Part shown: in pieces, positions 8,842 to 18,208 of the stretch
Position numbering within the stretch: position 1 is the stretch's first letter
How the letters are laid out: each line of letters starts with the position of its first letter
Source: Candidatus Nanoarchaeia archaeon
GTDB taxonomy: Archaea; Nanobdellota; Nanobdellia; Woesearchaeales; SKIA01
Direction: 5' to 3'
Length of the DNA: 64,000 nt
Assembly (NCBI GenBank): GCA_028279685.1
Contig: JANQNG010000051.1
Span: 9 to 64,008 of the forward strand
Translations under genes and position numbers: made by a program
Notes under the pieces: model-generated
Database searches by the model: none
The model's input: only the letters and a program-made list of their open reading frames with translations
Told to the model about the DNA's origin: nothing

Positions 8842-10209
8842 ATGGATACGTTAGCAACAATAATCAGATCAATCAATGGAAATACTCCAGATCCTGAAGA
8901 GGTAACTCTTGAAGAACTCCCCATAGATTATAAAGAATTTTGTGATCAACTCATAGAATCTACTGCAAAAACATTAGATCTTTCTTTAAAAAGAAATAAA
9001 TTTCTCCATACAAGCAACGATGATGCATTAATTCCAAATGCCGCAAAATATATCAAATCAGCCATTATTAATATGCAGAAGAATTCATTAATTCCAGAAC
9101 TAAAAATTGGGGAAAAAGTAAGGCCAGTTCAACTTCTAGGGTTTGATGTTGAAAATCCTGATAAAGAAACGTATTATTATGGAGGAGACACTGATGATAT
9201 TCCTTTAGGCATAGAAGCTTTTGTAGCAGAAATTCCTACGAAAGAAAGAATAAAAGTGATCATAAAAAATGGAAAGCAATCTAAGATATGGCAATTACAC
9301 CCTAATGAAATAGAAACAACAAGCGAGAATATTTACTCTGCCTTGATGGAAAGTAATCGTATTGAAACATCACTTAGTGAAGATGTGAAGAAATTATTCC
9401 CTGGATTTATTCACAGAGCCAAAATTCTTGTTGATAGTAGTTATGCTCTCTCAAAATCATTTGTTCCTTTAGATATTGAGATGCCAAAAGCACTCGCACC
9501 CTTCTCCATTTACACTAGTTCTCTTGAACAACAACTTATTGAAAAATATGGAAGGCCAGATATCAGCAAACTTAAATTACGATGCAAGATAGATGAAGCA
9601 GAAGAAAAAAATTGCAATACCGCTGTTCCAGGATTCAAATATAGAAGAGATTACCAGCATCTCGCAAAAGCATTCAAAGGACTCAAGACTCCTTGCTCAA
9701 TGCACGTTCACTCTCTTGATGAGTTAAAGATGCATATTTCAATTGTTTACCAGATTGCATTCAATCATTATGTCCTCGGTAAATCTACAGCAATGCAAGG
9801 AAGATTTCCCAATAATTGCTGTGGAGAGTCAGGAGGAAATATGTTTAATTCATTATTGAATTTTGGATATGTCAATACCTTTAAAATGAGCAGCAATAAT
9901 GATCATTGTTATGTATCACTTCCTTTTGTCCTTGATGGAGTTGGAGGTTGTGTTGTTTGCGACCCTACTTCCAATCAGATGTGGCATAAATTAAAGATTG
10001 CTCCTAGAAATGCAGTTTTTATTATGTTAGGACCAGATTTTGAATACAAAACACATTGGCATGGTGGTGTTGATCTTATTCCAGGATCTTGCAATTATAT
10101 CTCAATAGAGAATAATCATGCTTCAACAAAGAATGGAGAAATAAGAAAATCATTGGAAAACGCTTACAATAATCCTGTCAGATTATTCAATCGAAATGAT
10201 ATTCTCTGA
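8842..10209 (+). CDS. Protein with an SH3-like insert and a C-terminal transglutaminase/papain-like domain
   Basis: Order NNCCGESG ... DHCYV ... VCDPT fits a Cys-His-Asp triad; LKIGEKVRP...WQLHPNEIE is SH3-like. Confidence 0.55.
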   Translation: MDTLATIIRSINGNTPDPEEVTLEELPIDYKEFCDQLIESTAKTLDLSLKRNKFLHTSNDDALIPNAAKYIKSAIINMQKNSLIPELKIGEKVRPVQLLGFDVENPDKETYYYGGDTDDIPLGIEAFVAEIPTKERIKVIIKNGKQSKIWQLHPNEIETTSENIYSALMESNRIETSLSEDVKKLFPGFIHRAKILVDSSYALSKSFVPLDIEMPKALAPFSIYTSSLEQQLIEKYGRPDISKLKLRCKIDEAEEKNCNTAVPGFKYRRDYQHLAKAFKGLKTPCSMHVHSLDELKMHISIVYQIAFNHYVLGKSTAMQGRFPNNCCGESGGNMFNSLLNFGYVNTFKMSSNNDHCYVSLPFVLDGVGGCVVCDPTSNQMWHKLKIAPRNAVFIMLGPDFEYKTHWHGGVDLIPGSCNYISIENNHASTKNGEIRKSLENAYNNPVRLFNRNDIL

Positions 10210-10255
10210 GCAATTTAGTATTTCTTTTGTAAAAATAAAAGAAAAAAAAGAATAA

Positions 10256-10486
10256 TTATCTTCTACCACAACCACAAGATTTAACTCCGCATTGACCGCC
10301 GCATGTTCCACCGCAGCTACTTCCAGCTCCACACGCTCCTGGTCCACACGTCGGTGCAGAAGCTTCCTGAATAACAGGATTTTCCTCTACTGGTTCTGCC
10401 TGCTCCTGAAATGAAGTATAGGCAAATACTGTACCTGCTATAATCACAACAGCAAACACAACCACCATAATAACTTTCCATTGCAT
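10256..10486 (-). CDS. Small membrane-anchored or secreted Cys/Gly-rich protein
   Basis: Hydrophobic N-terminus, 7 Cys in the tail, strong GGAGG RBS. Confidence 0.8.
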   Translation of the reverse strand: MQWKVIMVVVFAVVIIAGTVFAYTSFQEQAEPVEENPVIQEASAPTCGPGACGAGSSCGGTCGGQCGVKSCGCGRR

Positions 10487-10487
10487 A

Positions 10488-10539
10488 TTATCATCCTCCT
10501 TTCACCCGGATGTACAAACACAAGCGTTTGTGCCATCTC
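10488..10539 (-). promoter_or_regulatory. Conserved structured 5' leader, copy A
   Basis: 40/52 nt ungapped identity to 16056-16107, with compensatory base changes in two hairpins. Confidence 0.7.
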
Positions 10540-10643
10540 GAATTGTTTCTAACATTTGTTAAAAGGTAGAAAGATATAATTTTTAGCCATGAAACTGACA
10601 ACCTCTAATCGTTTACATCGTTAAAATTTAGGTAGTAGATCGT

Positions 10644-11156
10644 TTATAGCTTGATTTTGAGATATACTCTATTGGTCTTTCCTTTTTTCTCTTTTTTCAC
10701 AAGATTCTTCTTCTCAAGTCCTGCTAATACAATGCTTAATTTAGATTTATGAAGGTCTGTTCTTAATCTTAGAGTTTGTTGAGAGATTCCATCTTGCTCC
10801 TTAACAGCCCTTATTACTTTCTTCTCATCATCATTAAGCCCTTTAAGCAACATAGAAAACTTCTCTTCCTTAGTCTGATGTTTCTTCTGCTTTTTAAGCG
10901 TAGAAACAATTTCTTTCTGTGATTTTTCAAAGAAAATCAAGTATACTCCTAAAGCAGCAATAATAGCTAAAATAATAACAGATATGATGGTAAGCCAAGG
11001 TGTTTCTTGATCATGAGGACAAAAAGATTCTTCGCCGTCAGTACAACTACAACTAGCATCAGTAGTGTCTGCAATTTGTTGATGAAAAAGAAAAACAAAT
11101 ACTGCTAGAAGAACACAGGCAACAATCAAAATAACCCCTAACTTCTTATTATCCAT
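10644..11156 (-). CDS. Membrane-anchored winged-HTH transcriptional regulator (COG2512-like)
   Basis: Two TM helices flanking SCSC...CPH; C-terminal EQDGISQQTLR...KSKLSIVL..LEKK...GKTNRV. Confidence 0.8.
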   Translation of the reverse strand: MDNKKLGVILIVACVLLAVFVFLFHQQIADTTDASCSCTDGEESFCPHDQETPWLTIISVIILAIIAALGVYLIFFEKSQKEIVSTLKKQKKHQTKEEKFSMLLKGLNDDEKKVIRAVKEQDGISQQTLRLRTDLHKSKLSIVLAGLEKKNLVKKEKKGKTNRVYLKIKL

Positions 11157-11181
11157 ATCACCATGACCATCTATCTCTTTA

Positions 11182-12150
11182 TTAAGTTAATGAATCAATT
11201 TGGCCGTTAACTATTCTTCTTAATTCTATTCCTCTTTTGAAAATACCTTCATCGAAATCTCCAGAATTCAAAAATGATGCTTTTACACATGCTTTATTTC
11301 CTGAACATTCAGATATTGCTTCAAAAATAATCTTTCCAGCTTCATAGGGTAATTGATGTGAAGCAGCATGTTCCATTCCTTCAGGAAAAGAATAATATAC
11401 TCCTTCAACTAGTTCTCTCATCACAGGCATTTGTACTGCGTATTGACCATACACAGGAACAGGATAGTTAATTTCTTCTAAACGTGCTAATCCATTTCCC
11501 ATAAAGAAGCTCAAATCTGCTGCAAAAATTGCATCAACACCACTTTCTTTAATCTTTAATACAGGTGTGTAAAGACTATCTCCAATTTCTTGCATAGGAA
11601 TTTCAATAATTTCGCCATCATAAGTTTTTCTGAAACTTTTAGCAAGTGTTTGCGAAAAAGCATTTTGATAATGTACTAATGCAATCTTATCATATTTTTG
11701 CATAGCATTCGCAATGAACATTGCTTCATCTTCTAAGCTATATTGAATTTGAAACATATGCTCTCCACTTATTTCATAGAGTTTATTTGTTGCAGCATAA
11801 GGAATAACCGTTACTACTTTGTCTTTCTTCACCAAAGGAGCAATGGCTTCTTGAGGCGAACCACATGCAGGCCCAATAATAAAATCTACTTTGTCAATCT
11901 CTACAAGTTTATGATACGCAGCTATTGTTTTTGCAGGATCACAAGCAGAATCTTCAAAAATAATATTAAACCCATATGTATTTGCTTCTTCTATTCCTTG
12001 TTTAAATCTTTCACCAAAATCAGCAAAAGGACCACTCAAAGGACCTAAAAATCCTACTTTGATTTCTTCTTCTACAACATTTCCAGTAATAGTACACGAA
12101 GTACATAACAGAATTGCCACAATAGTTATTGCCATAATTATTTTTTTCAT
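11182..12150 (-). CDS. ABC transporter substrate-binding lipoprotein (LivJ/branched-chain amino acid type)
   Basis: IKVGFLGPLSG, EDSACDP, IIGPACG; lipobox-like LCTSC; GGTGA RBS before ATG 12150. Confidence 0.85.
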   Translation of the reverse strand: MKKIIMAITIVAILLCTSCTITGNVVEEEIKVGFLGPLSGPFADFGERFKQGIEEANTYGFNIIFEDSACDPAKTIAAYHKLVEIDKVDFIIGPACGSPQEAIAPLVKKDKVVTVIPYAATNKLYEISGEHMFQIQYSLEDEAMFIANAMQKYDKIALVHYQNAFSQTLAKSFRKTYDGEIIEIPMQEIGDSLYTPVLKIKESGVDAIFAADLSFFMGNGLARLEEINYPVPVYGQYAVQMPVMRELVEGVYYSFPEGMEHAASHQLPYEAGKIIFEAISECSGNKACVKASFLNSGDFDEGIFKRGIELRRIVNGQIDSLT

Positions 12151-12262
12151 CAATATCACCTTCTTTACTATTAAGTAGTACTTTATCATATTTATATTGA
12201 AATGGTCTAAATTCTATCGATATTCAATAAATTTATAAATAATTAATACATATCGCTAATAA

Positions 12263-13309
12263 ATGGCAAAAAAACTAGACAAAAAGGATTTACAAATAAT
12301 GGATATTTTAGCAAGAAATTGCAGGGTTTCTCATACCACTATTGGCAAGGCCATTAAACTATCTAAAGATAGCGTAAGAAACAGAATCAAGAGATTAGAA
12401 GATGAAAAATTTATCACTAACTATGTTACTTTCATCGATATACGAAAATTTGGTTTAGAAAAATATCATATCCACATACGTTTTAATAACACTACAAAAA
12501 ACAAAGATGAAATAATTGCATCATTATGTGATCATCCTTCCGTTAGTTTCGTAAATTCTTTTATTGGAGCTTTTGATATTCAGCTCATTGTTGACACTCA
12601 CGATATATATTCATTTGAACAAGTTAAAGAGGAACTTTTTTCTCTTATGAAAAGTAGTGTTCAAGATTATAGAATATTTTCATGGATTTATGATTTTAAA
12701 TTTGTACATTTAATTCCTGAAACAACATTGCACACTTCTTTTGAAAGAAAATTAGACACCTCTTTTTCAGCATTAACCAAAGATGAATTTGGCACAGGAA
12801 GAACTTTCAAACATGAAGAAATAGATAATCTCGACGTTGAAATAATAGATATTCTTTGTGGTAATCCAAAAAGTACTTTACAAGAAATAGCTTCTCAATT
12901 ACAATCAAATAGAGAAACGATAAAACAAAGAATAACTAATTTAGTGAAAAAAGAAATCATTGTTCATTTTGGAGCAAATCCAGACTTTGATAAATTTGAT
13001 TACTCCATGTATATGCTTCTTTTTAGAACCACTGAAACAGGAGTGAAAGAAGATGTTATTCAAGCAATAAAATCAATGGATAATGTGTTTTATGCAGCCA
13101 AAGTATCGGGAGATTTTAGCATGATTGTCTACATCACCACAAAATCTCCTACAGAAACTAAGCAGGCAGTAGAAAAGCTCAATCAACTCTTTGGAAAAGA
13201 TCTTCTCAGTTCAGACATTTTAGTTGTAGATAAATTCATCAAATATAGGCAATTTCCAGAACATATAAAAGAAATATTACTTTTTGAGGCAAATAAAATC
13301 AAAAAGTAA
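12263..13309 (+). CDS. Tandem Lrp/AsnC family regulator
   Basis: Two LD..D..I...L..N-type HTH plus RAM repeats. Confidence 0.9.
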   Translation: MAKKLDKKDLQIMDILARNCRVSHTTIGKAIKLSKDSVRNRIKRLEDEKFITNYVTFIDIRKFGLEKYHIHIRFNNTTKNKDEIIASLCDHPSVSFVNSFIGAFDIQLIVDTHDIYSFEQVKEELFSLMKSSVQDYRIFSWIYDFKFVHLIPETTLHTSFERKLDTSFSALTKDEFGTGRTFKHEEIDNLDVEIIDILCGNPKSTLQEIASQLQSNRETIKQRITNLVKKEIIVHFGANPDFDKFDYSMYMLLFRTTETGVKEDVIQAIKSMDNVFYAAKVSGDFSMIVYITTKSPTETKQAVEKLNQLFGKDLLSSDILVVDKFIKYRQFPEHIKEILLFEANKIKK

Positions 13310-13357
13310 TAATCAAAAATCTTTTAGGATTTTTGTTTTATTAAAGAAATAAAAAAA

Positions 13358-13984
13358 TTAGCTGTCAAATAAATTGCCAGCATCTGGAGCTACATCTGTT
13401 CCTTCGTCAGCTTCGAACATTTCTGCTTTTTCAAAGCCAAACATATTCGCATACATATTGCTTGGGAACATTCTAACTTTCTTATTCATTGCCTTAACTG
13501 CTTTATTGTAGTTATCTCTTTCTACTTTAATTCTATTTTCAGTTCCTGCGAGCTCATCTTGCAATGACAAGAAACTTTCTGAAGCTTTCAAATTAGGGTA
13601 CTTTTCTACTACGATATTAAGTCCACTAAGCACACTACCCATTGTTTTTGAAGCAGCTTGCATTTGTTCAGGTGTTGTTGCACCAGCAATTGCTTGCTTT
13701 GCTTGTGTAGCTTGACTTCGTAGAGCAGTAATTTGTGTTAATGTTTCTTGTTCGTAATCTCTGTATTCTTGTACTGTGTCAACTAGGTTTGGAATTAAAT
13801 CTGCTCTCCTTTGATAGGCAGTTTGCACATTGCTCCACTTCTCGTTGACAGTTTCATCTGCAGAAACTAATCCATTATAGTTTCCCCACATCAACAACAA
13901 AAATAACACCACCAAAGCACCAATAGCGATTAAAACTATCCATGCAGGATGTAATTTTTTTCCAACAACTTTAGCTTTTTTCAT
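13358..13984 (-). CDS. lemA: LemA family protein
   Basis: YQRRADLIPNLV, VEKYPNLKAS, LQDELAGTENRI, FPSN. Confidence 0.95.
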   Translation of the reverse strand: MKKAKVVGKKLHPAWIVLIAIGALVVLFLLLMWGNYNGLVSADETVNEKWSNVQTAYQRRADLIPNLVDTVQEYRDYEQETLTQITALRSQATQAKQAIAGATTPEQMQAASKTMGSVLSGLNIVVEKYPNLKASESFLSLQDELAGTENRIKVERDNYNKAVKAMNKKVRMFPSNMYANMFGFEKAEMFEADEGTDVAPDAGNLFDS

Positions 13985-14220
13985 CTTTTCACCTTTTTTG
14001 ATTTTGATTTTTTCTTGACTTTCTTAGCCTTTTTAGCTTTTGTGAATTTCTTTTTTGCTAGTGCATTAAGCTTCTGTAGCTCCCCATCATCAAGCCACAT
14101 ACCACCACATACTTCACATACGTCGATTAGAACGTTTTCCTTTTTTAATTTTCTCATATAACCATGTCCTCGAGGACACTTCAACAATTTTTCTCCATGT
14201 ACTTTTTTTGACCAAAACAT
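13981..14220 (-). CDS. zf-TFIIB-type zinc-ribbon protein
   Basis: KCPR...IDVCEVCGGMWLDDGEL. Confidence 0.85.
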   Translation of the reverse strand: MFWSKKVHGEKLLKCPRGHGYMRKLKKENVLIDVCEVCGGMWLDDGELQKLNALAKKKFTKAKKAKKVKKKSKSKKVKR

Positions 14221-14225
14221 TCAGA

Positions 14226-15041
14226 TCACCTTTTGATAGTTTTTTTGATAATTTTCTGGCAATATTCTTTTCTTTTCAATAAGTCGCTTTCCCACAGTCT
14301 AATCACAACATATCCTTCTTTAATAAGTTTTTTATTTGCTATTTTGTCCCTTTTTATGTTTTTTATCTGAGCCTCTGTCTTAGGTTTTTCATAAATAGAA
14401 GGATTTGCATGCCAATAATCCCCATCCGCGAACAAGACAAAATTAGGCTTCACAAAAGCATCTGCTTGGCAAATATTACCTATCGGTTTATGTCTTTTAT
14501 AAGAAATATTTAGATTTTCCAAAATATCATAAAGAATTACCTCAATACTCGTTAATTTTTTAGGAAATATTTGTTTAAGTCTTGCTTTTCTTATTGCTTG
14601 AATTGTTTCTTCTGAATAAACTCCTTTTTTCCCAATATTCCAAGGCATCATTCCTTTCTTAAACTGAGTTTTTCTTACTTTTTTCTTCACTTCAGGATTT
14701 GCCATGGCTTTTTTTGTACTTTTAGAAACTTTTTTCTTGTATTCTTCACTTAACTCCATTCCTTTATTCCATGCTTTAACTAAACCTTTTGTTCCTGTAT
14801 TCCATGGCTTTGTTCCTTTCTTAAATTCTGTGTTGGGAGATCGTCTTTTTCCAACATGCCAACTTCCTAAAGAATAAGAAGGGATATTGAATTTCTTTTT
14901 GTAATAATATAATGTTTCATAAGGTATCCCTGTTTCCTTGCTAATTTGTACAAAAGATTTTCTTTTTTCTCTATATTCGCAGACTAAAAACTCTTTTGTT
15001 ATATTCCATTTATTTGATTGATTTTTACTTTTTTTATTCAT
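14226..15041 (-). CDS. Free-standing homing-endonuclease-like protein (NUMOD3-type repeats + Vsr/DUF559 nuclease)
   Basis: Repeats EFKKG.KPWNTG, AWNKG, QFKKGMMPWNIG; C-terminal FADGDYWH...RD...GYVVIRLWE; AGGAG RBS before ATG 15041. Confidence 0.8.
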   Translation of the reverse strand: MNKKSKNQSNKWNITKEFLVCEYREKRKSFVQISKETGIPYETLYYYKKKFNIPSYSLGSWHVGKRRSPNTEFKKGTKPWNTGTKGLVKAWNKGMELSEEYKKKVSKSTKKAMANPEVKKKVRKTQFKKGMMPWNIGKKGVYSEETIQAIRKARLKQIFPKKLTSIEVILYDILENLNISYKRHKPIGNICQADAFVKPNFVLFADGDYWHANPSIYEKPKTEAQIKNIKRDKIANKKLIKEGYVVIRLWESDLLKRKEYCQKIIKKTIKR

Positions 15042-15191
15042 ATCATATCTCCTATGAAGCTTTGTAAATAACTTTCTCAATATGAGAAAATTATAATTTG
15101 AAAGCTGAATATTTTTCGAGTAAGCTGAATAGAAAAAGTTTACCAATCAATATAAACATAACTTAAGCAAATGTCTAGTGAATATAAGAAT

Positions 15192-15935
15192 TTACCACCC
15201 AGATCCTGCGCCCCCACCACCAAATCCTCCTCCGCCGAAGCCACCAAAGCCTCCGCCAGAGAATCCTCCTGAACCTCCTCTTCCACCGAAGAGCATGCCT
15301 GCCATCATAGCAGTCATAAATAAATCATCATCATTTCTTTTTTCTCCTTTTTTCATTTGCTTTTTTCTTCTAAAAGAAGAACTCATCATAATTATTAAAA
15401 GAACAATCCAAAAAATCATATTAGTTGGAATGCCACTTGATTTTTCTTCAACAGGATAATATTCTGAATCTATATTTTCAGTTAAAACAGCATTCACGGA
15501 TAATACTGCTTCATAAATTCCTTTACCATATTCTTCGTTTCTAAAATTTTCAACTAAATATGTTCTTCCTATACGTCCAATCTTTGCATCATTAAGATAA
15601 GGCTCTAATCCTCGACCAACATGAAATCTATACTGACGTTCATCAATTGCAATCAGTAATAACAAACCATTATCTTTCTCTGCATCTCCTATCTTTCCAT
15701 CTGCTAGCTCCTGAGCATAATTGAAAATATCCTTTCCTTCTAAAGACTGCACGGTTACAACAGCAAATTGCGCAACATTCCCTTTGTACAATCCATCTAG
15801 AATAGCGTAAATATTGGCCTTGTATTCAGCATTAATCACGCCAGCATTATCATTGACTAAATCAGTAACTTCGTCAGCTAACACAGAAGTCAATAGAAGA
15901 ATCATCAATATCCCCAATATCCATAAAAACCTCAT
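15192..15935 (-). CDS. TPM domain (YgcG-like) membrane protein
   Basis: VNDNAGVI, QFAVVTVQSL, KDNGLLLLIA, VGRGLE, Gly-rich tail; usual LemA partner. Confidence 0.93.
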   Translation of the reverse strand: MRFLWILGILMILLLTSVLADEVTDLVNDNAGVINAEYKANIYAILDGLYKGNVAQFAVVTVQSLEGKDIFNYAQELADGKIGDAEKDNGLLLLIAIDERQYRFHVGRGLEPYLNDAKIGRIGRTYLVENFRNEEYGKGIYEAVLSVNAVLTENIDSEYYPVEEKSSGIPTNMIFWIVLLIIMMSSSFRRKKQMKKGEKRNDDDLFMTAMMAGMLFGGRGGSGGFSGGGFGGFGGGGFGGGGAGSGW

Positions 15936-16055
15936 AATTTGTCCAATATATGATTATTTATATAGTTTTAGGAGGAATATATCACTACAACAAACCTTGC
16001 AGTCTTCACAAAGTATATTAATAAGCTAATACTTGTTGAACAGATGAACAATATT

Positions 16056-16107
16056 GAGGTGAACCGAACGCTTGCGTTCGTCCAACCGAATGAAAGGAGG
16101 TTGATAA
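16056..16107 (+). promoter_or_regulatory. Conserved structured 5' leader, copy B
   Basis: CGAACG-CTTG-CGTTCG hairpin, then CAACC...GGAGGTTG; matches 10488-10539. Confidence 0.7.
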
Positions 16108-16109
16108 AC

Positions 16110-18203
16110 ATGGATTTGAAAAAACTCATCATTATGCTTATTCTGGGCGCTTTAGTACTTGCTGGCTGTACTACTACACCAACAACACCAACAGTTCCTG
16201 GAGAAGGGACGTACCAAGAAGGAGTCTCATTTGATCCTGATATGAAGATAAAAGCATCTTCTTTTGCTTCTGAGGAAGAATACCTTGCCTTTGTGAAGAA
16301 GAACTCTGGAGGAAGCAACTATTATGGAAGCGGAATGTTAGGAAGAGCAATGGGTGTGGAAGATATGGCTGTTGCAATGGAAACCTCTGAATCAGCACCT
16401 ACTATGGATAAAGGCTATGATCTAGATTACTCAGAAACCAACAACCAAGTTGCTACAGTAGATGAAGCAGATATTATCAAGACTGACGGCAACTACATCT
16501 ACACTGTATCTAAGAAAACATTATACATCATCAAAGCATACCCTGGTGAAGATGCAGAGATTGTCTCAACAATAAAATTTGATAGCAATCCTGAAAGTAT
16601 CTTTATCAATGGAGATCATCTTGCTGTGTTTGGCAATGTTCAGGATTACGATTCAATTAAAGAGCTTGATTTCAGGCCAAATAATGGGTTGACCTATTTC
16701 AATATCTATGATATGTCAGATAGAGAACATCCTGAATTAACAAAGGAATACAAATTTGAAGGTCGTTATTTCCAGGCCAGAATGACTAATGACTGGATTT
16801 ATTTCATCACGAGAACAAGTCCCTATACAAGACCTGTATATCCTACGCCAATTATTATGGAAGACGGTGTTGTAAGAAGTATGCCTGTCGATAGAATGTT
16901 CTTTTATCCGATACCTTACAATTATGCAGAATTTGCAAATATCCATGCAATTAATCTAGCAGATCCTTCAGAAGATATTAATTCTATCAGTGTTGCTGTT
17001 GAAGGAAGTCAAAATATGTATATGTCTGAAGAAAATATCTACATAACATATACTGAAATGATTAATGAATGGGAGATACAAAAAGAAATAATGATGGAAT
17101 TAATGGAACCTTATTTGATTTCATCAGATAAAGAGCTTATTGAGAAAATTAAGAAGACCGATAATGATGTGCTATCTCAAAGAGAAAAGGAGAATAAGAT
17201 TATGCAAATTTATGAGTCTTACGGAGCTTATCTATCGAGAGAAGAACAAGATGAACTAGAGGAAAAAATCGAGAAAATGCTATCAAATAAACTCGAAGCA
17301 TACGAATATCTTGAATGGACTATCATCCATAAAATTACTGTTGATAATGGTGATATTTCCATTAATGCTGACGGCAAAGTACCTGGTCATGTGATCAACC
17401 AATTCTCTATGGATGAATTCGATAATGTATTTAGAATTGCAACTACCATTAGTGCACGATGGTCAAGATTCAATAAAGATCGAACTGAATCAACGAATAA
17501 CATCTATACTTTAGACAAAGACCTTAACGCATTAGATGAATTGACAGGATTAGCAGAAGGTGAAAGAATCTATTCGACAAGATTTATAGGAGATAAACTC
17601 TACATGGTTACTTTTAGACAAGTTGATCCATTCTTTGTGATTGATTTGAGCAATCCAAACAATATCAAAGAGTTAGGTGAATTAAAAATTCCTGGGTTCA
17701 GTCGATATTTACATCCTTACGACGAGAATACCATAATAGGTATTGGTCGTGATGCAACCGAGCAAGGTCGTACAAGAGGACTGAAGATTTCGTTGTTTGA
17801 TGTTTCCGATGTAAGCAATCCTAAAGAAGTTGCTAAGTTTATAACCGATGAGCGTTATGCGCAAAGCACGGCAGAATATGAGCATAAAGCATTCTTATTC
17901 AATAAGGAAAAAGAACTTTTAGTCATACCTGCTTACAGCTATGATTACGAAGATGATGATGGATACAACGGTGCTTTTGTCTTCAAAATAACCAAAGATG
18001 ATATTGAACTTCGAGGACTCATCGATCATAGCAAAGGTATGACTGAAAGATGGTATAGAGCAGGAGTAGAAAGAAGTTTATTCATTGAAGATATGCTTTA
18101 CACCAAGTCAACAAATCTACTAAGAATTAATTCCTTGGAAGATCTGCATGGTGTCAAAGATATAGAACTGGAAAACTCTGATTCAGAGATTCCAGTGTAT
18201 TGA
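16110..18203 (+). CDS. Secreted beta-propeller domain lipoprotein (Beta_propel family)
   Basis: Lipobox LAGC; YSETNNQVATVDEADIIKTDG, GERIYSTRF, VTFRQVDPFF, LKIPGFSRYLHP. Confidence 0.92.
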   Translation: MDLKKLIIMLILGALVLAGCTTTPTTPTVPGEGTYQEGVSFDPDMKIKASSFASEEEYLAFVKKNSGGSNYYGSGMLGRAMGVEDMAVAMETSESAPTMDKGYDLDYSETNNQVATVDEADIIKTDGNYIYTVSKKTLYIIKAYPGEDAEIVSTIKFDSNPESIFINGDHLAVFGNVQDYDSIKELDFRPNNGLTYFNIYDMSDREHPELTKEYKFEGRYFQARMTNDWIYFITRTSPYTRPVYPTPIIMEDGVVRSMPVDRMFFYPIPYNYAEFANIHAINLADPSEDINSISVAVEGSQNMYMSEENIYITYTEMINEWEIQKEIMMELMEPYLISSDKELIEKIKKTDNDVLSQREKENKIMQIYESYGAYLSREEQDELEEKIEKMLSNKLEAYEYLEWTIIHKITVDNGDISINADGKVPGHVINQFSMDEFDNVFRIATTISARWSRFNKDRTESTNNIYTLDKDLNALDELTGLAEGERIYSTRFIGDKLYMVTFRQVDPFFVIDLSNPNNIKELGELKIPGFSRYLHPYDENTIIGIGRDATEQGRTRGLKISLFDVSDVSNPKEVAKFITDERYAQSTAEYEHKAFLFNKEKELLVIPAYSYDYEDDDGYNGAFVFKITKDDIELRGLIDHSKGMTERWYRAGVERSLFIEDMLYTKSTNLLRINSLEDLHGVKDIELENSDSEIPVY

Positions 18204-18208
18204 TTTTT

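Noticed and set aside
15178..15459. Pro-rich 93-aa ORF
   Set aside because: Antisense of the Gly-rich TPM tail.
16044..16109. 22-aa N-terminal extension of the beta-propeller protein, or a conserved leader peptide in the leader motif
   Set aside because: The RBS and signal peptide point to ATG 16110, and the equivalent frame in copy A is not in frame with its gene. The uORF MLETIRDGTNACVCTSG in copy A has no counterpart in copy B.
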